Below, piece after piece: positions 32,828-35,108 of a DNA stretch of 35,108 nt. The first letter of the stretch is position 1. Each line of letters starts with the position of its first letter. The stretch is from Archangium sp. (lineage in GTDB: Bacteria; Myxococcota; Myxococcia; Myxococcales; Myxococcaceae). The notes beneath the pieces are model-generated. The model made no database searches, had not been told where the DNA came from, and saw only the letters and a program-made list of their open reading frames with translations. The DNA is taken from NCBI GenBank assembly GCA_031367385.1, contig JANLPS010000418.1, positions 1 to 35,108 on the forward strand, in the 5' to 3' direction. A program made the position numbers and the translations under genes.

Positions 32828-35056
32828 TCAGCGGTCGTTGGTCGAATAGTAGAAATACCCTGAGCCCTCTTTGCACTGGGCCAGCGCGTATTTGCCCCCA
32901 CGCAAGTTCGCGTCGAGCGGGCGCTTGTCGTCTGTGTACTCGTCGAGCGACGTCTCCTGCACCCGGCTGGGAGGAATTCGGTCGTAGTACTTCGATTTGC
33001 CGTTCGCCAACCACACCGTGCAACCGGTCAAGGTGTCGCCTTCGCGGGTCGAGACGTTCACGGTCTCTTCGGCGCTGCCGAACGCGCGCCTGCGCCGGTC
33101 GAGCTTCACGTCGCCTTTGATGACCCGCCGCTCCGAAGGTTTGTTGCTCGGCGAGGTCACCGCGGGCTCGGTGGGCTTGATCACTTCAACCGTCGTAGTG
33201 GGCTTCTCGGCTGGCTTTTCAACCGGCTTCTCGACCGGGCGCTCGGCTGGTTTTTCAGCCACGGCCACGGTCGTGCTGCCCGGCTCGACCCGCGGCTTCT
33301 TGACCGCCTTGACCGCGCTCGCATCGCGAAACGCGAAGACCTCTTTGGGCAAGGCGTCGGCGTCTTGATCGCTGAGAATCTCTGGCAGCGCCCCGCTGGT
33401 GTCGACCACCGCAGCGGTGCCCAGCACCTCACGCTTGGTCGTGCCCTCCTGCGCCGCCCCCACCAGGCGAAACCGCTCTCGAAGCTGAACCCGCGCGCCC
33501 TCTTCGAGAAACAGCAACAGCGCGCCACCTCGCCGTACCACCTTGAACACCGGCCCTGACGGCGTCACCTGCTCGTGCTTCGAATCGGCCACCGGCTGCG
33601 TGCCGTCGCCCTCGGGCTTGCCTGGCTCATCGGGCTTGGTGGGAGTCTCGTCTTTCACCGCGACCTTGCCCGGCCCCACGGGCGCAGGCGTCACCGTGCT
33701 CGGGCGCCCCACGAACGTGTACCCGACCGCGCCCAGCGCCAAGAGCACCAGCACCGCCAGAATGACCATCGGGGCCCGATTCTTGGGTGCCACCAGAGCG
33801 TCTTCGCGCGGGGGCGGAGCGACCTCGGTCTCGTTCTCAGACTGATCTTCGACGTCATCGCCGACGATCACCGACGGCTCGGAGCGCCTCGTCATGCTGG
33901 CGATGCGCTTACTCGATGACTTGGGCGCGGGCGTGCGCACCGCCGAGAGCGCCTGCTGGGCCGGCGTCAACGGCACCTCATCGGAGCCGCGCAAGAAGGT
34001 GCTCTTGTCTTCCGGCTCGTCAGGCGGCTCTTCGGGCTCGGGGGCCTGGTGGCGGTTCTTTCGTCGCAGCAGCGAGAGCTTCGACTGCAGCTGCCGCTCG
34101 GCGGCGAACTCATCGGAGCACATCGCTCGAACGGCGTTGCCCACGTCTTCGGCGCTCGTGGTCAGCCCTTCACGCACCGCGAGCTCATTGAGCGCTCGCG
34201 CGAAGTCGTCACAGCGCGAGTAGCGGTTGCCGATTTCAGGGGCCAGCGCCCGCATCACGATCTGATTCAGCGCCGGGCTGACGTCGGGCCGCACCTCAAT
34301 CAACGAGGGGATGCTCGGGTGCGCCATCATCATCACCATCTCGGCCATGGTGGCGCTTTGGTACAAGGGGCGGCCGGCGATCATCTCCCAGACCACGATG
34401 CCGGCTGAGAAGATGTCGCTGCGGTGGTCGAGCGGCTTCGCCATCGCCTGCTCGGGTGACATGTACCCGAGCTTGCCCATCACCGTGCTCGGCATCGTGT
34501 GCTTGCTGCGCGCCGAGCTCTTCGCCAGGCCGAAGTCGATGACCTTGACCTCGCCTTCGTACGAGACCATCACGTTTTGCGGCGACACATCGCGATGCAC
34601 GATGCCCAGCGCGATGCCGTCAGGGCCCGCTTTGCGGTGCGCATAGCCAAGCGCTTCGGCGATTTGCTGACCGATGTAGAGCGCGATGGGCAGCGGCAGC
34701 ACGGAGCCTGTGACCGCGAGCCGGCTCATCACCCGCGCCAGGTCGACGCCCGGCACATACTCGATGGCCATGTACAGCGTGCGGTCGTAGTCGCCCATGT
34801 CGTACACCTGGGCGATGTTCGAATGGGTCAGGTGCACCAGCACCCGGGCCTCATGGTGAAAGCGGTCGACGAACTGCGGGTCGGCCTGCATCGACGGCAA
34901 GATCGTCTTGACGATGCACAACTTCTCGAAGCCGCCGACACCCGAGAGCCGGGCCAGGTGCACCTCTCCCATGCCGCCCTGACCGAGCATGAACAGCAGC
35001 TCGTAGCGGCCCAACATTCTTGGTCCTGGGGGAGGCGTTGCCATCGGCAGGCGCAT
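32828..35056 (-). CDS. Single-pass membrane Hanks-type Ser/Thr kinase with Pro/Glu/Lys-rich extracytoplasmic region
   Basis: LGQGGMGEV, CIVK, HRDVSPQN, DFG, YMSPEQ; TM segment MVILAVLVLLALGAVGYTFV; EKP repeats. Alternative start ATG 35044. Confidence 0.92.
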   Translation of the reverse strand: MRLPMATPPPGPRMLGRYELLFMLGQGGMGEVHLARLSGVGGFEKLCIVKTILPSMQADPQFVDRFHHEARVLVHLTHSNIAQVYDMGDYDRTLYMAIEYVPGVDLARVMSRLAVTGSVLPLPIALYIGQQIAEALGYAHRKAGPDGIALGIVHRDVSPQNVMVSYEGEVKVIDFGLAKSSARSKHTMPSTVMGKLGYMSPEQAMAKPLDHRSDIFSAGIVVWEMIAGRPLYQSATMAEMVMMMAHPSIPSLIEVRPDVSPALNQIVMRALAPEIGNRYSRCDDFARALNELAVREGLTTSAEDVGNAVRAMCSDEFAAERQLQSKLSLLRRKNRHQAPEPEEPPDEPEDKSTFLRGSDEVPLTPAQQALSAVRTPAPKSSSKRIASMTRRSEPSVIVGDDVEDQSENETEVAPPPREDALVAPKNRAPMVILAVLVLLALGAVGYTFVGRPSTVTPAPVGPGKVAVKDETPTKPDEPGKPEGDGTQPVADSKHEQVTPSGPVFKVVRRGGALLLFLEEGARVQLRERFRLVGAAQEGTTKREVLGTAAVVDTSGALPEILSDQDADALPKEVFAFRDASAVKAVKKPRVEPGSTTVAVAEKPAERPVEKPVEKPAEKPTTTVEVIKPTEPAVTSPSNKPSERRVIKGDVKLDRRRRAFGSAEETVNVSTREGDTLTGCTVWLANGKSKYYDRIPPSRVQETSLDEYTDDKRPLDANLRGGKYALAQCKEGSGYFYYSTNDR

Positions 35057-35108
35057 TCTACCTGCGTGTGACCAGAACGCACGCTTGCGTCAATGGTATG
35101 TCGTGCCC

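Overview
A gene-dense, high-GC bacterial chromosomal window with about 33 CDS and no rRNA, tRNA or CRISPR array. Gene content points to a myxobacterium (Myxococcales-like): three Hanks-type Ser/Thr kinases and many lipoproteins with 'DAG' linkers. The centrepiece is a five-gene bacterial microcompartment (BMC) operon at 12390-15905: BMC-T(dp), BMC-H, BMC-P, an acylating aldehyde dehydrogenase with an encapsulation peptide, and BMC-T(s). It resembles the Haliangium ochraceum-type orphan metabolosome and has no signature enzyme. A REP-like and tandem-repeat insert interrupts it, and it runs on into a beta-helix lipoprotein, a multidomain kinase and a patatin. Other notable items: an unknown gene boxed by ~44-bp inverted repeats (9201-10053), two copies of a GGGGACAGGCTGGTTTA palindrome, a four-heme cytochrome c/lamin-tail-domain lipoprotein divergent from a Tat-exported HxH-repeat lipoprotein, a split DUF4331 pair, and a copper-monooxygenase-like lipoprotein with altered metal ligands. 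All family calls come from motif recognition by eye; no searches were run.
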